DNA from: Octopus sinensis
Lineage: Eukaryota
Assembly (NCBI RefSeq): GCF_006345805.1
Contig: NC_043003.1
Span: 45,632,001-45,696,000 of the forward strand
Direction of reading: 5' to 3'
Length of the DNA stretch: 64,000 nucleotides
The position numbers and the translations under genes were made by a program. The notes beneath the pieces were generated by a model. That model did not search any database, was not told where the DNA came from, and saw only the letters and a list, made by a program, of their open reading frames with translations. Shown piece by piece: positions 26,426 to 39,990 of this stretch (within the stretch, counting starts at the first letter, position 1; each line of letters opens with the position of its first letter).

Positions 26426-27226
26426 AGAATGTATGACCCCAGTTATCTTTGTTTACGGTCGGTCTGATTCCATTTCTAACCCTTTTTTTTCTTCTTTTTT
26501 TGAAAATATTTATGCATTTATTTTTTCTATCATGTTTTCCTCCATCTTAAAGAGAAAACCCAATATACACCAAATAAACCCTAGCTAACCCTTCATTTTC
26601 TTCTCCCTTCCTCCTCCACCCCACCCCACCCCAACCCCCTCCGGCTAGGTTCTAAGGCGTTTTCTGACCTTTATTTTTTTTCCTTCCTTACACCCTTTTG
26701 CTTCTCCGAGGATTTGACCTTTGCTAATATATTCCCACCACACTTCTGCAGCCCCAACTTTGAAAGGGTCAGCTCATTGATTATGTCTGTCGGAGTCATT
26801 TTTTTATAATTCCCCTGCTTCTGCTGTTGCTGCTGCTACGACCGCTGCTGTTGCTGCCGCCGCTGTTGCTATTAGTGTTTTTCTTGTTTTGCACTTCATA
26901 GAATTATTTTTGTTATTGACGTTATTAATGTCTTTGCTGTAATTACCGATGTTATTTTTCTTGTGTAGTTTATATATTTGTTTTTTTCTCGTTATTGTGT
27001 AGTCAGCGTTGTTGTTAAGTCACCGTTGTTCTTAATCTTTCTGTTGTAGACACTCATGTTCTAGTTTCATTGTAGTTGTTGTGGAGTCAACGTTGTCGTT
27101 CTTATATTTTCCTTTGATTTTCCTTGTAGTTACAGCCGTTGTGTTTTCGCATTGTTGTTGCTGTTTATGTGTAATCAATGTTGTATTTGTATTGTAGTTG
27201 TTGTATTTATATTTTGTTCTTATACG

Positions 27227-27390
27227 GGCGCAGGAGCGGCTGTGTGGTAAGTAGCTTGCTTACAAACCATATGGTCATGGGTTCAGTTCCACTGCGTGGC
27301 ACACCTTGGGCAGGTGTCTTCTACTATAGCCTTCGGCCGACCAAAGCCTTGTGACAGAATTTGGTTGACGGAAACTGGAAGAAGTCCGTC

Positions 27391-27426
<36 letters not shown>

Positions 27427-27663
27427 GTGTGTATGTGTGTATGTGTGTATATGTTTGTGTGTCCGTGTTTGTCCCCCCCAACATCGCTTGACAACCGATG
27501 GAGGTGTGTTTACGTCCCCGTACCTTAGCGGTTCGGCAAAAAGACCGATAGAATAAGTACTAGGTTAACACAGAATAAGCCCTGGGGTCGATTTACTCGA
27601 CTAAAGACGGTACTCCAGCATGGCCGCTGTCAAATGACTGAAAGAAGTAAAAGAGAAAGAGAG
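27227..27663 (+). mobile_element. SINE family A, complete
   Basis: Head GGCGCAGGAGCGGCTGTGTGG...GGGTTCAGTTCC (A/B-box-like), internal (TA)(TG), tail ...GACTGAAAGAAGTAAAAGAG. Confidence 0.9.
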
Positions 27664-28070
27664 TGTCGTTCTCATGTTTTCTTCAAAATCTCTTCATCAA
27701 GACATTTCGACAAATTGTTCTCATAGTTTCCTTTCATATTCCTTGTAGTTATTGCCGTTGTGTTTCCGTATTGTTGTTGGGGTTTGTGTGTAATCGATGT
27801 TGTATTTCTTTCTTGTCCGTTATGTTGTTTTAGACATTACTATTGTATTTGTCGCTGCTGTGGTGGTTCTGGATGTTACTGATGCATTTTTCCTACTGAT
27901 TCCCTGAATCAGTTGTTGTTGTTGTTGTTGACTTGAATATCACCAGGTGAGTCTTGATCGAATTGTTCGATTATCACTGACGCTCTATTCGTGGCCTTTC
28001 TGTATTTTTGCACATCAAGCATTATATTATCAATCGATATCTTTCTTTGGAGCGATACTTGTTTAATTTA

Positions 28071-28475
28071 GGCGCAGGAGTGGCTGTGTGGTAAGTAGCT
28101 TGCTTACCAGCTACGTGGTTCCGGGCTCAGTCCCACTGCGTGGCACCTTGGGCAATTGTCTTCTACTATAGCCTCGGGCCGACCAAAGTCTTGTGAGTGG
28201 ATTTGGTAGACGGAAACTGAAAGAAACCCGTCGTATATATGTATATATATATGTGTGTGTGTGTGTATCTTTGTGTATCGGTGCTTGTCCCCCCAAAATC
28301 GCTCAACAACCGATGGTGGTGTGTTTACGTCCCTATAACTTAGTGGTTCGGCAAAAGAGACGATAGAATAAGTACTAGGCTTACAAAGAATAAGTCCTGG
28401 GGGTCGATTTGCTTGACTAAAGGCGGTACTCCAGCATGGCCACAGTCAAATGCCTGAAACAAGTAAAAGAGTAAA
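28071..28475 (+). mobile_element. SINE family A, complete
   Basis: Same organisation as the 27227 copy. Confidence 0.9.
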
Positions 28476-28701
28476 AATTTTGATTTTTATTGTTGTTGTT
28501 ATTCTTGTAATTCTTACTTTTGTTCCAGAGGCATTTATTGTTGTAAGCAATTCTTGCCGTAACCGACGTCGTCGTCGTTGCTGTTGCTGTTGTTGCTGCT
28601 GCTGCTGCTGCCGCTGCTGCTGCATCTGCTGCAGCTGCTGCTGCTGCTGCTGCTGCTGTTAATATCATTGCCATCGTCAACATTTTAGGTATTGTTTTTA
28701 A

Positions 28702-29118
28702 GGCGGCGAGCCGGCACAATCCTTAGCACGCTGGTCAGTATTTCGTCTGCCGTTACCCTCTGAGTTCAAATTCCGCCGAGGTCGACTTTGCCTTTCATCC
28801 TTTCGGGGTCGATAAATTAAGTACCAGTTTACGTACTGGGGTCGATGTAATCGACTTAATCCCTTTGTCTGTCTTTGTTTGTCCCTCTCTATGTTTAACG
28901 CCTTGTGGGCAATAAAGAAATAAGAAAGGTTAGCTCGCTGGCCAAAATACTTACTGGCATTTCATCCGTCACTACGTTCTACGTTCAAATTCCACTAAGG
29001 TATCCTGTACCGTTCATCTCTTCCGATTCGACGAAATAAATAACTGTCAAACACTGGGGTTGTTGCAATTAACTAGCGCCCTCCCGCCAAATTTCAGGCC
29101 TTATGCGTAAAGTAGAAT
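28702..29118 (+). mobile_element. Two tandem SINE family B copies
   Basis: 28702-28922 and ~28928-29118. Confidence 0.85.
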
Positions 29119-30356
29119 TGAATATAAAAAAGAATACTATTATATTTTTTTTTCAGTGTCATTGTGGTTCTTTCGTTGCTATTATTATGAGTATTATTAT
29201 TGTTACGGATATCATTTTTGAGGTTGTGATGCTTCTTATTTGTTATGTTGATCACTGGTGTTATCAGTAGTATTATTATAGTTATGCTAATTGCTTTTAG
29301 CTGTCGGTGTAATACTTGATGCAACGCGTTATGCTGCTTATTGTTGTTGCTGTTGTTATCATTAAAGTCTTTGTCATTTTTGATATAACGGTTGACATTT
29401 GTTATGTTGATTGATATATTTTTAATTTTACAGATGCTTTTGTTACTTCTCTTTATGCTCCGCTGTATTGTTTGTGTTGTTGTGGTTGTTGTTGATGTCA
29501 TCCTGTGTGTTGCACCATTGTTATCGTGCTATTATTTTTGAGTTAATATTGTGGTTAATATTGTTGTTGTTGTTGTTGCTCTTGTTCTTGCTCGCCTTTA
29601 CCGCAGTAGTGATTAACGTTGATTGTATTTGTTGTCCTTATCGATTATGCCATTTTGTATTAATAGTTGTTTTAGCTTTAGTTCTGTTGCCGTTTGTTGT
29701 TATTTCTAACTCATTTGCTGGTTTTGTAGACTTCTAATAGTTCAGCATTCATTTCCTATCGTTGTTGTTGTTGTTGCTATCCCTATTGTTTGGTATTGCT
29801 ATTTAAGGTCTATGCTGGCCTTTCTTAATTTTTGTAAATGTTAAAAGAAATTTCCGAAATATCGTGACCCTTGCCCCACTCCCAATTCAGCGCTCCACAC
29901 GCACCTAGTGTCAACAGCGACACTGACAAATTCGTTACCATTTTCTTCGCAGGTGACCTTTAACTTCCTCATCCTTCCATCTTCATCAAGGCATTTTGAC
30001 AACTTTACAACAATGAAACTTTTGTTTCACTCTCGTGAAATTTATTTCACGAATGAAACAAGACTGACATCAACCCCGCTCGACAATCCTGCCATCTTTG
30101 TAACCCCAAAAGCCACATAGTACTCCGTTCTACAACCATCAACACCATTGCTATTATTCTCTTCCTTTCAGCATGAATATAATAATAATGAAAATTTGCA
30201 TCAGCATCCTCAACATCATCATTATTATCATCATCGTCACTGCCGCTGCCGCTGCCGCCGTCTCCATAGTCGTCGTAGTCATCGTCGTCGTCGTCATCAT
30301 CATCATTATTATTACTCTTGACACCAACACTACCACCACCATCACAAATGTGCTTA

Positions 30357-30388
<32 letters not shown>

Positions 30389-30584
30389 TATGTGTGTGTG
30401 TGTGTGTGTATTACGTATGTATGAGTCTGTGTATGTATGTAAGTAACAAGCATATCGGTGACATCAATGTTGGATGTTTCGTAGTGCGAAAACAGCTTGG
30501 TTACGTTGTCTTGTGGAGTATAGTGGAGTATAGTGATAAGAGATAGTCATATTTTCACGTAACCACAAATAAGGCGTGCTAATT

Positions 30585-30732
30585 GATTATATTGATCCCA
30601 GCGTTCAACTGGTACTTATTTTCTCGACTGTCAAAGGATGAAAAGCAAAGTCAATCTCGGCGGAAGCTCAGAGCGTAAAGATGGACGAAATGGTGCTAAG
30701 CATTTTGCCCAACTCATCCTGCTCGCCAACTT
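30585..30732 (-). mobile_element. SINE family B, decayed
   Basis: Reverse-complement match to the family core. Confidence 0.7.
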
Positions 30733-30797
30733 ACAAGACAGGAGTATGAAAAACAAGCAGGTGTGTTAGTTTGTCGCTAGGGAGAAATGGAGAAAGT

Positions 30798-30833
30798 CTT
30801 TTATGTTCCGAGTCTACGCTCTTCGACGAAAAG
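30798..30833 (-). ncRNA. Decayed extra-A hammerhead family copy
   Basis: ctttt-CGTCGA-A-gagc(gtag)actc-GGAA-c-ATA-aaag. Confidence 0.38.
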
Positions 30834-31349
30834 GAATATGAGGAAATAAACAGAGAGAATAAAAATACTTGTGGATTTAGCGGCCAATCATGATCTCGTT
30901 AATCAAGAAAAATCGAAAAGCATTTTCAAAATATTCATACGAAGCGGTTGATTGCCGTTTTCCAGGCGATTCGTCTCAGGGTTTGCAGTTGATGCTTTCT
31001 CACTGCGTAGGTTTTCATCGATATAGTTTTACCCTTCTTTCATCCAATCTCTGCACGTTGAGATTGTCAGTGGTATAATTTTAAACTTTTGCTTTCGGTA
31101 CATGTTGAACTGCCTCCATACTTCTTTCAAGAACTGACTAATGGAGCATTATTTCTACTTCGGGTTCGTTGGTTTCCTGCAACAGAAAAGAAAGAAAAAG
31201 AAAAACAGAAGAGTTTCTGTAGATGAAGCGTTATTCGTACCAATGTGAGCAAGCTGAACAATCTATGTCAGTTGCTAAAAAGTTATATCAACCGTAGCAT
31301 ACGTCTTTTAAACAAATCCTCACTGGTTTAATACGGTGCATAATTTGAC

Positions 31350-31609
31350 GTGAAGGCGCATGGCTCAGTGGTTAAAGCACCGAGCTTACGATCGTGAGGT
31401 TGCGAGTTCGAACTCCGGACCAGGCTGCGTGTTGTGTTCTTGAGCAAGACACTTTATTTCACATTGCTCCAGTTCACTCAGCCGTAAAAATGAGTTGCAA
31501 CGTCACAGGTGCCAGGTTATATCGGCTGTTGCCTTTCCCTTGGATAACACTTGTGGCGTGGAGAGGAGATGCCGGTATGCATGGGCGACTGCTGGACTTC
31601 CATAAACAC
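31350..31609 (+). mobile_element. SINE family C (tRNA head)
   Basis: A box TGGCTCAGTGG, B box GAGTTCGAACTC, then GTGTTCTTGAGCAAGACACTT central domain. Confidence 0.88.
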
Positions 31610-31654
31610 GTCCAATAAATAGTGACGCCAATATGTATGTGTTTGCGTGTATCG

Positions 31655-31985
31655 GGAGCTACACCAGCTCCGATACAGTGAGGACCATGTACTGCAATAG
31701 CTTACGATTAAGTGGCTCACAGTTATATAACACTTTGCCAAACCATCTGAGGGATGTTCATAAAGTAGGGGTAGATCTTTTCAAGAAACAACTTGAATTC
31801 CTACTATCCAAGGTCCAGATATATTTATATCACGGCGTGAAACTCAAAAGAGGGCAGCAGTGCCGAACTCCCTCCGTCACCAAAGACAATCACATAAGAT
31901 TGGCCATTGAAAAGGTGATTACACTGGTGGCGCTCAAGAATGGATAAAGCCTTAGAGCTGAAACTTATAGAAGAATAAAATTATA
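31655..31985 (+). mobile_element. CR1/L2-group LINE 3' end
   Basis: NSLRLSGSQLYNTLPNHLRDVHKVGVDLFKKQLEFLLSKV. Confidence 0.75.
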
Positions 31986-32059
31986 TATATATAAGAATTT
32001 TTTGCGTAATGAGATAAAAAAAAACAAAGGTGTGTAGATATTAGAATATTTATAGATAG

Positions 32060-32111
32060 GTCTTACAGGTCTTTCCAGGATATTTATTAATTATATCCCT
32101 TCATCGGAGAC
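32060..32111 (-). ncRNA. Decayed hammerhead motif in a PLE-like end (31993-32225)
   Basis: gtct-CCGATGA-A-gggatat(aattaataa)atatcct-GGAA-agacctg-TA-agac. Confidence 0.5.
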
Positions 32112-32261
32112 GGTATGAGAGGATGGCTAAGTAATAGTTAGTTTAGATAGGATACAAAATAGAGAGTGAGGTGGAGGAAAGAAAATATATGTGAGATATG
32201 TAGGGATATTGAAGTTGTAAATCCATTTTCAGGCACAGACACACACATATATATATAGATA

Positions 32262-32292
<31 letters not shown>

Positions 32293-32293
32293 G

Positions 32294-32339
<46 letters not shown>

Positions 32340-33056
32340 GTATATATATGTATATATATATGTATATATATATGTATATATATATACATATATATATTAT
32401 ATATATATATATATAATATATATATATATATATCTATATATATATATATATGCATATGTGTGTGTATACGAGCATGAAAATGATGCTTTTAGTGGTATTA
32501 GATTAGAAAAGTTCACAAATATGTGGTGTTGAATATTTGATTTATTATTTATTTTCTACCCGACCGATACAAGGCCTATTTGAGCTATGGGAAAAATATG
32601 TTGAGAGAGTCACTAGAAAAATTAAAAAAAGAATAAGCGATTGAATTCACTCTACGTTACATACTGTCTTAGTTATGATAAACATAATCATGGAGACGCA
32701 AATGCAAACACACACGCAAGCATAACCTCAACCGCACTATACATATATACATATGTACACACAAAACAAACGCACATCCATCCAACCATCCACACACACA
32801 CACATATATAAAACATCATATCGTATATTGATATGTGAATGAACTGTGAGCGAGGTATCAATTGCTCCTGGGACTACACTTGCTCACATAGACTCTCGAG
32901 ATCATTTAGTGCAGCATAACAGAATGTCAAGCTAGATACCCAACCAGGAAGTTATATGATATCCTGAAGTTCATACAATACCCTCCCTTTATGAAAAGTT
33001 CTTTCTCCTTTATGAATATCTATAACCATCTATCAAACTCTGCCTTGCCTCTGTCT

Positions 33057-33113
<57 letters not shown>

Positions 33114-33541
33114 TTTTCTCGTTCGCTCGCTCGCTCGCTCTTTGCCCCTCATATATCACGCATGTTGATATACATTATACACACACACACATATATATAT
33201 ACGTATATACATATACGTATATATACATACATGTATATACATATACATAGATATATACATGTATATACCTATATGTATTTACATATATATATAGATATAC
33301 ACACATATATATATACATAGATACATACACATATATATACATAGATATATACACATATATATATATACACACATACGCAATACACACACAAACACACACA
33401 CACACATATACATGGACAGTTATATATTTGTCTGACACATACATACATAGATATGATATTTTATATATATTCGTAGTCGATACGTACACACAACATGCAC
33501 TTCCAAACACACACATGCATACAACTACACACACTCACGCT

Positions 33542-33615
<74 letters not shown>

Positions 33616-33845
33616 CAACATGTAGTGTTAGAACTCAAAATCCCTGTAGTACCTAATTAAGTTACTCAGTGCAAATATTATACGCTTATTTTCTCCAAGG
33701 GTGCAAATATTAAGGGTCTGTGTGGTGGGAGTTCTTTAATGCTTTTATTATAGTCTTGTTTTATTAGTACATTTATATGTGTATTTAATTTCGTTTTCTT
33801 ATTTGTATTGATTTTTCTAATTTTTAATATTTATTCCGTTTATGA

Positions 33846-34520
33846 CGGCGAGCTGGCAAAAAATGTTAGCATGCCGAGGAAAATGCTTAGCGGTATTTCG
33901 TACATTTTTGCATTCTGATTCAAATTCTGCCGAGTTCGACCTTTGTCTTTCATTCTTTCGGAGTCGATAAATTAAGTAACAATTGCGTTCTGGGATCTAT
34001 CTAATCGACTGACCTCCTCCCTCAAAATTTCGGGCCTTGTCCCTATAGTCCGGCGGAATGGTTAGCGCGCCGGACAAAATGCTTAGCGGCATTTCGTCCG
34101 TCGATAAAAGAAGTACCAGTTGCAAATTGGGGTCGATATAATCTATTTACCCCCACTCCAGGAATTGCTGACCTTGAGCCGAAATTTGAAATAAATATTT
34201 ATTTCTTTAAAGGCGGCGAGGTGGGGTAACTTTTAGTACACCGACCAAAATCCTTAACTGCATTTCATCCATCCGAAGTAGAATTCTGAGATCGATGTAA
34301 TCAATTTACTCTCTTCCTCGAACTTGTTGACCTAGTGCCAAAATTTGAGACCAATACTTATTTAAGGCGGCGTGCTGATAGAATCGTTACTGCGAAGGGC
34401 AAAATGCTTAGCAGCATTTCGTCAGTCTTTATGTTCTGAGTTTGAATTCTGCTGGGGTCGACTTTGTCTTTCATCCCTTTCGGGGTCGATAAAATATGTG
34501 TCAATTGAACACTAAGGTCG
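33846..34520 (+). mobile_element. Four consecutive SINE family B copies
   Basis: Starts at ~33846, 34050, 34211 and 34364; same strand; two have internal deletions. Confidence 0.85.
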
Positions 34521-34573
<53 letters not shown>

Positions 34574-34581
34574 ATATATAT

Positions 34582-34612
<31 letters not shown>

Positions 34613-34962
34613 TATATTATATATATATATATATATAACACATACATATATCATATGTATATACACATACACACACAGACATATATATATTAACTTCGAA
34701 ACACGCAATGAGTCGAAACAGGGACAGCTGAAGAAGGGGAATGTTCTTTGTATTGTTTGTCTTGTACTCTGTTTTTTCGTTGTTAAAAAAGTCCGTTTCC
34801 TTCTTTTGTTTTTATGTTTTCGTTTCTCGTTGTGTTCTACGTTTATTTGTGGTGTCCTGTACCCATATATGCATGTATATATACATATAGATGTAGGTAT
34901 GTACATATATGTATGTATGTATGCATATGTTTTATTTATTAAATTGTTATTATATATATATA

Positions 34963-35000
<38 letters not shown>

Positions 35001-35618
35001 AGCGCACACGTACACATACGGGGTGAAATTCCATAATACAAAATCAACACTAAGTGTAATTTTGCTTTCATATTATTTTAAATTTTGAATTTTGTTTTAA
35101 TTATATTTTCAGTCTTCATTGCATCATTTTGTATAAGCAGCAAAATATCATATAAAAATTTAGACGAAAATTATTGTATGCATTCCATATTTACTTACAT
35201 TACCCCTGGCGTCAAAAACATATTTCCAAACGACGAATAACACTCTACTTAATATGAATATTTTGCTCGAACTTTCAGCGAATACATTACAAGACTAATT
35301 ATGAGGTATCCTGTCGCGTATGTCTAATGTTTGGTTATCTGATATATATGCATATGTGTGACTGCGTACGCGTGGATACACTTCAGCGTGGGCGTATGTA
35401 GCTATTCATGTGTGTGAATGTTTGTCTGGAACGTAAAAATTTTCGCAACGCAAGAGCTTGGAGTTCAGTCCTGCAGCAAAGTGCTCGAATAAGTGTATCT
35501 TAGTATAGCTCGGAGCTGACCAGTGTCTTGTGAATTAACTTGGTCGACAGAAGCGGTGCAGATGCCCATCGCATATGTGTGTGCTGTCGTCTTTCTGCCC
35601 GAATGAAAGAATATCTAT

Positions 35619-35671
<53 letters not shown>

Positions 35672-35700
35672 ATATATATATAATATATATATAATATATA

Positions 35701-36049
35701 TATAAAAGGAAATGAAGAAAATGCTGACAAAATAATTTAAGTAATTTAAGTAATTTAATTAGGTGAAAGTTCTTTTTACCGGTTGCGCATTTGTTATGCT
35801 TATCAAAAGATTAGAGTTCCTTTCTGATAGATTTTTTCCTCTTATCTGGATAAGAGGAAAAAATCCAGATAAGAGGAAAAAATCTATCAGAAAGGAACTC
35901 TAATCTTTTGATAAGCATAACAAATGCGCAACCGGTAAAAAGAACTTACACCTAATTAAATTACTTAAATTACTTAAATTATTTTGTCAGCATTTCTTCA
36001 TTTCCTTTTTTATATATCACAACTCGTGTTCCACATCTCCTTTTTTAAA
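35701..36049. mobile_element. Near-perfect ~150-bp-arm palindrome in (TA)n; probable extreme 5'-truncated PLE fold-back insertion
   Basis: Arms ~35701-35850 and 35864-36015 differ by one substitution plus A-run length changes; 13-nt spacer. HHR-like motif in each arm. 32-bp tail (36018-36049) on the right arm only. Confidence 0.75.
35904..35943 (+). ncRNA. Hammerhead-like motif (U3:A8, A13>C); mirror copy at 35771-35810 (-)
   Basis: tctt-TTGATAA-gcat(aacaa)atgc-GCAA-ccgg-TA-aaaaga; stem I register is imperfect. Confidence 0.5.
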
Positions 36050-36070
36050 TATATATATATATATATATAT

Positions 36071-36127
<57 letters not shown>

Positions 36128-36128
36128 C

Positions 36129-36173
<45 letters not shown>

Positions 36174-36699
36174 CATGTATGTGTCTATCTATCTATCTAC
36201 ATATGTATGCATGCATGCATATATATTTGAGTGTATATATATATATACATATAAATTGAATGAGGTACTTAAATTGAGGCACCTTGCTAGATCGGTATAA
36301 TCGCACACCCATTCAATGTTGATTAAATATTGAATATGAATAATGTGTGCCGGGGTGTTTGTACCTGTTATTCCCAGCTAAGTGAATATATCTGCTCTTG
36401 GTAATTAAGACATGTATCTTTATAAAGGTACTTTTATAGTATTTCCGAAGTGCAGATTCCAACTTAGGTGAAAAGAATATAAATGAGTAACAAAGACGTC
36501 TCCTTTCTTTTTATCCTGGCCCTCTCTATTTCCTCAACTACTCTCTAAATTATAGTAGGCTTGACGTGGTATGCATTATTTTCTATACTCATTCTGCCAC
36601 AGATATGACAAAAGAAACAATGTAAATATTTTAAGTTCCATTTTTGATGTAAATATGTTTCAAAAATGGTTATATCCTTTATGTTTCAAGTCTATGCGG

Positions 36700-36783
36700 T
36701 CATCTGACGAAAACGGTTTCTTTCAAATTGATGTAATGTTTTCAATTATCAATTAAAGAAGCCACTTGAAACGGCCGTAAAGA
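36700..36783 (+). ncRNA. Type-I hammerhead motif with long stem II
   Basis: tcat-CTGACGA-[aaacggtttctttcaaattgat...atcaattaaagaagccactt, ~18 pairs]-GAAA-cggccg-TA-aaga; palindromic ACGGCCGT stem III. Confidence 0.7.
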
Positions 36784-36818
36784 ATTGACACCTCTATATA
36801 TTTGTTACTCATTTATAT

Positions 36819-36863
<45 letters not shown>

Positions 36864-37280
36864 AGCATACATACATAATGAAGGAAAAGGGAACTGAAAT
36901 ACACTGATGAATAATTAATGGCACTCTGTAGAGATCAAAAACGACCGATTAAATTATCCAGAAAATGCCATAGAAATCCACGCAGGTTGTAAATTCCTCT
37001 TTCTTCACCATTCCATTTCATTAATTCGAAGCTAAAACGCCGTATAACTGCAGTATATATCCACACAGTATAATAGAAAAACACAAAAGAATGGAGTTTT
37101 ATTTGTGATTTAATAAGATAAGTAAGTTTCAAATAGAATGCCATAACTCAATTATGCATATTTAATTGATCGCATACTTTACACGATTAAATATGCATGA
37201 TTGATATATTTCATCAATTTGTATGTAATCATACCTATTTGTATCTTTTCTCTCTTTCTCTCTCTCTCTCTCTGTAAATA

Positions 37281-37331
<51 letters not shown>

Positions 37332-37652
37332 TTATATATATATATATATATATACATACACATACACATATACACACATAGACATATATATGCATATATA
37401 TATATACATGCATACACACACGTACGCACACAAACACAGACATACACTCACACACAAACACGCATAGACATATCTATGACCGCAATCATGACTGGAACAA
37501 GTAAAATAATAAAAGAATATATATTGTGTATACTTTTCCTGATGAACAGTCAGAAATTGCAAGCACGAAACTGTCAGTGCTTGAGTCGCTTTTATTTTAG
37601 TTTCCATCCAATATATATATATTCAGATGTGAGTGTGCTTCTTTTTTCATGG

Positions 37653-37718
<66 letters not shown>

Positions 37719-37776
37719 ACACTCACTCACACACACACACGCACTGCCTTCTTGTCACATTTTTCTTGTATTCCCT

Positions 37777-37807
<31 letters not shown>

Positions 37808-38393
37808 ATATATATATACATATGCATATATATATATATACACATGTATATATATAATATATATAATATATATATATATATACATACATACATATGTGTA
37901 TATATATATATGCATATATATGTATATACATGTATGCTTATATATATATGTATATAAGCAAGTATCTATGTATCCGTATGTGTGTGTGCGCGCGTGTATA
38001 TTTGTTTGTGTGCTTGTGTATGTTTATATAAACAAGCACTGACTAGTTATATGTACATAAACTTACATTCACTAACACACAGTTTCATAACTATGTTTAA
38101 AATATAGCAATTTACATTGAGTATCAATAGCTCTGTTGCTAGGATCCGTTTCAGAACGTTTCATATGTGCTCAGTCAAATGGAAATAGCACTTTTACAAC
38201 CCGGCTCAAATGACTCACACACTGACCTTATAGAAGCCCTCTCAATCACCAACGCAGTTTTCGTCTAAAAAAAATCTGAGCACTTCAATCTCACGATTAC
38301 GTACAGACAGGTTAAGCACTCTCGTCTATATAACAGATCCCTTGAGATCATATGTATGTTTGACGTTATCACGCACGTACTCACACGAATACA

Positions 38394-38445
<52 letters not shown>

Positions 38446-38576
38446 ACACACACAACACACATATACACGCATATATATTAACACACACAGATATTTATGC
38501 ATTTTTATTTACTTTCATTTATATATCTATGTACGTCACATATTTGACTCTGCGCCCACGAGTATATATTTACCAC

Positions 38577-38622
<46 letters not shown>

Positions 38623-38864
38623 CATGTATGTATGTATCTATGTATACATATGTATAATTTATTTATTTATATAAATATATGTATAAATACATATATATTT
38701 ATATATATATGTATATATATGTGTATACATAAATATATGTGTGTGTGTATACATGCATGCACATACATAGATACATAGTTGCATAGATACATACATACCT
38801 GAGCAACCGTTAATCAAGTCACGTATTTTCCCATCCGTTCTTCTTTCTGTCTTCTCTTCTTATT

Positions 38865-38901
38865 CCCTTCTGTAGACGAGCGTAGGCCCGAACGTCGATG
38901 G
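38865..38901 (+). ncRNA. Decayed extra-A hammerhead family copy
   Basis: ccctt-CTGTAGA-C-gagc(gtag)gccc-GAA-cg-TC-gatgg; downstream sequence resembles that of the 45425 and 47260 copies. Confidence 0.4.
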
Positions 38902-39008
38902 CTTTTCCCTTTTTTCCAAGCGTCAAACATCTACATTATATTTGTTGCTCCCTCTGTCTGTTGTGTTTTTTTATTGAATTTTTTTCTTGAATAATCTTCA
39001 TATATATA

Positions 39009-39098
<90 letters not shown>

Positions 39099-39377
39099 AC
39101 ATATATATATTATATATATATATATATATATACATGCATACAAAAATGATTTGAAAGGGATATATCATCCTGACGGTTACCGTGTTTTCTTTTCAATCGG
39201 TTATATATATGTCGGCTAACCACAGCGAACCGTTGGTGATTCCAGAATGTATATCTAACAGGCTGCAGTAGAAGAAGTTGAAACGCGCGTAGGTCCACGA
39301 AAGAATACTGTAAATAAATGTCTAATTTAATTACAGATGTGGAAAATCTCCGTTCTCTTGATCATCATTAATATCTA

Positions 39378-39560
39378 TTATATAAAATCCGTTCTGTGTG
39401 TGTGTCTTCTAGGATCTCAGGCATCCTCCATCCGATTGCGCTCAAATTTGATATGTAGATACCGACGGTATCAGGGCGTGTATAAGTCTTGAAAATATTA
39501 CCAAAATCGATTCCAGGTGAGAATGCGATCGATAAAGTGGATAAAATCGTTTTTCTTTGG
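39378..39560 (+). mobile_element. Helitron-like 5' end fragment
   Basis: Begins ATCTATTATATAAAATCCGTTCTGTGTGTGTGTC, similar to non-autonomous Helitron 5' ends. Confidence 0.45.
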
Positions 39561-39940
39561 AATAGAAAAAAGTCTATCTTTATTTCTTTTGCTGGTGTCT
39601 CAAATTTAGGTTAACTCAGTGTTTCTCAAAGGGGAGGCCTATGGGACGGTCGGACAAGTTGTTTTGAGAAAATTTGGTTTAAATGTTTAACAACTCAGCA
39701 CCGTCCATTGGATGTGGGGGTGGGTGCGTTTTGCTCCTATATACATATAACAAACAAAGAAGCTAATTCTAAAATATCTGTAAGAGATGAACAACGTAGT
39801 TATAGAAGCAAGTAATGTGTCACTACTGTGATATGGCTGTTCCTTAAGAACGGACGTTCCTGCGATTTTTTTTTTACCCCAAGAGGACATTTACTCTATA
39901 TTCGAGCAGGGGAGCGAACCGATACCACTTAACGACGGGA

Positions 39941-39990
39941 CCAGGAGACCAGCCTGGTTTCGGGCTATTCCCACTCTTCCTCTGTTCTGG
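39941..39990 (-). ncRNA. Decayed type-I hammerhead motif
   Basis: ccagaa-CAGAGGA-agagtgggaatagccc-GAAA-ccag(g)ctg-GTC-tcctgg: stem I 5 of 6 pairs, 5-bp stem III, GUC site, U4>A. Confidence 0.5.

Noticed and set aside
31000-31207. Strong minus-strand splice acceptor (exon would start at 31176)
   Set aside because: All frames stop within ~50 nt, no partner exon is evident, and it adjoins a repeat remnant.
31350-31425. Possible tRNA genes here and at 46475
   Set aside because: tRNA-like heads run straight into repeated SINE bodies and lack a clean cloverleaf.
37150-37202. 17-bp inverted repeat with octamer-like sites
   Set aside because: Very AT-rich with a 19-nt loop; plausible by chance.
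39260-39300. GAAACGCGCGTA hammerhead-like stem III
   Set aside because: No convincing core or stem I/II upstream.
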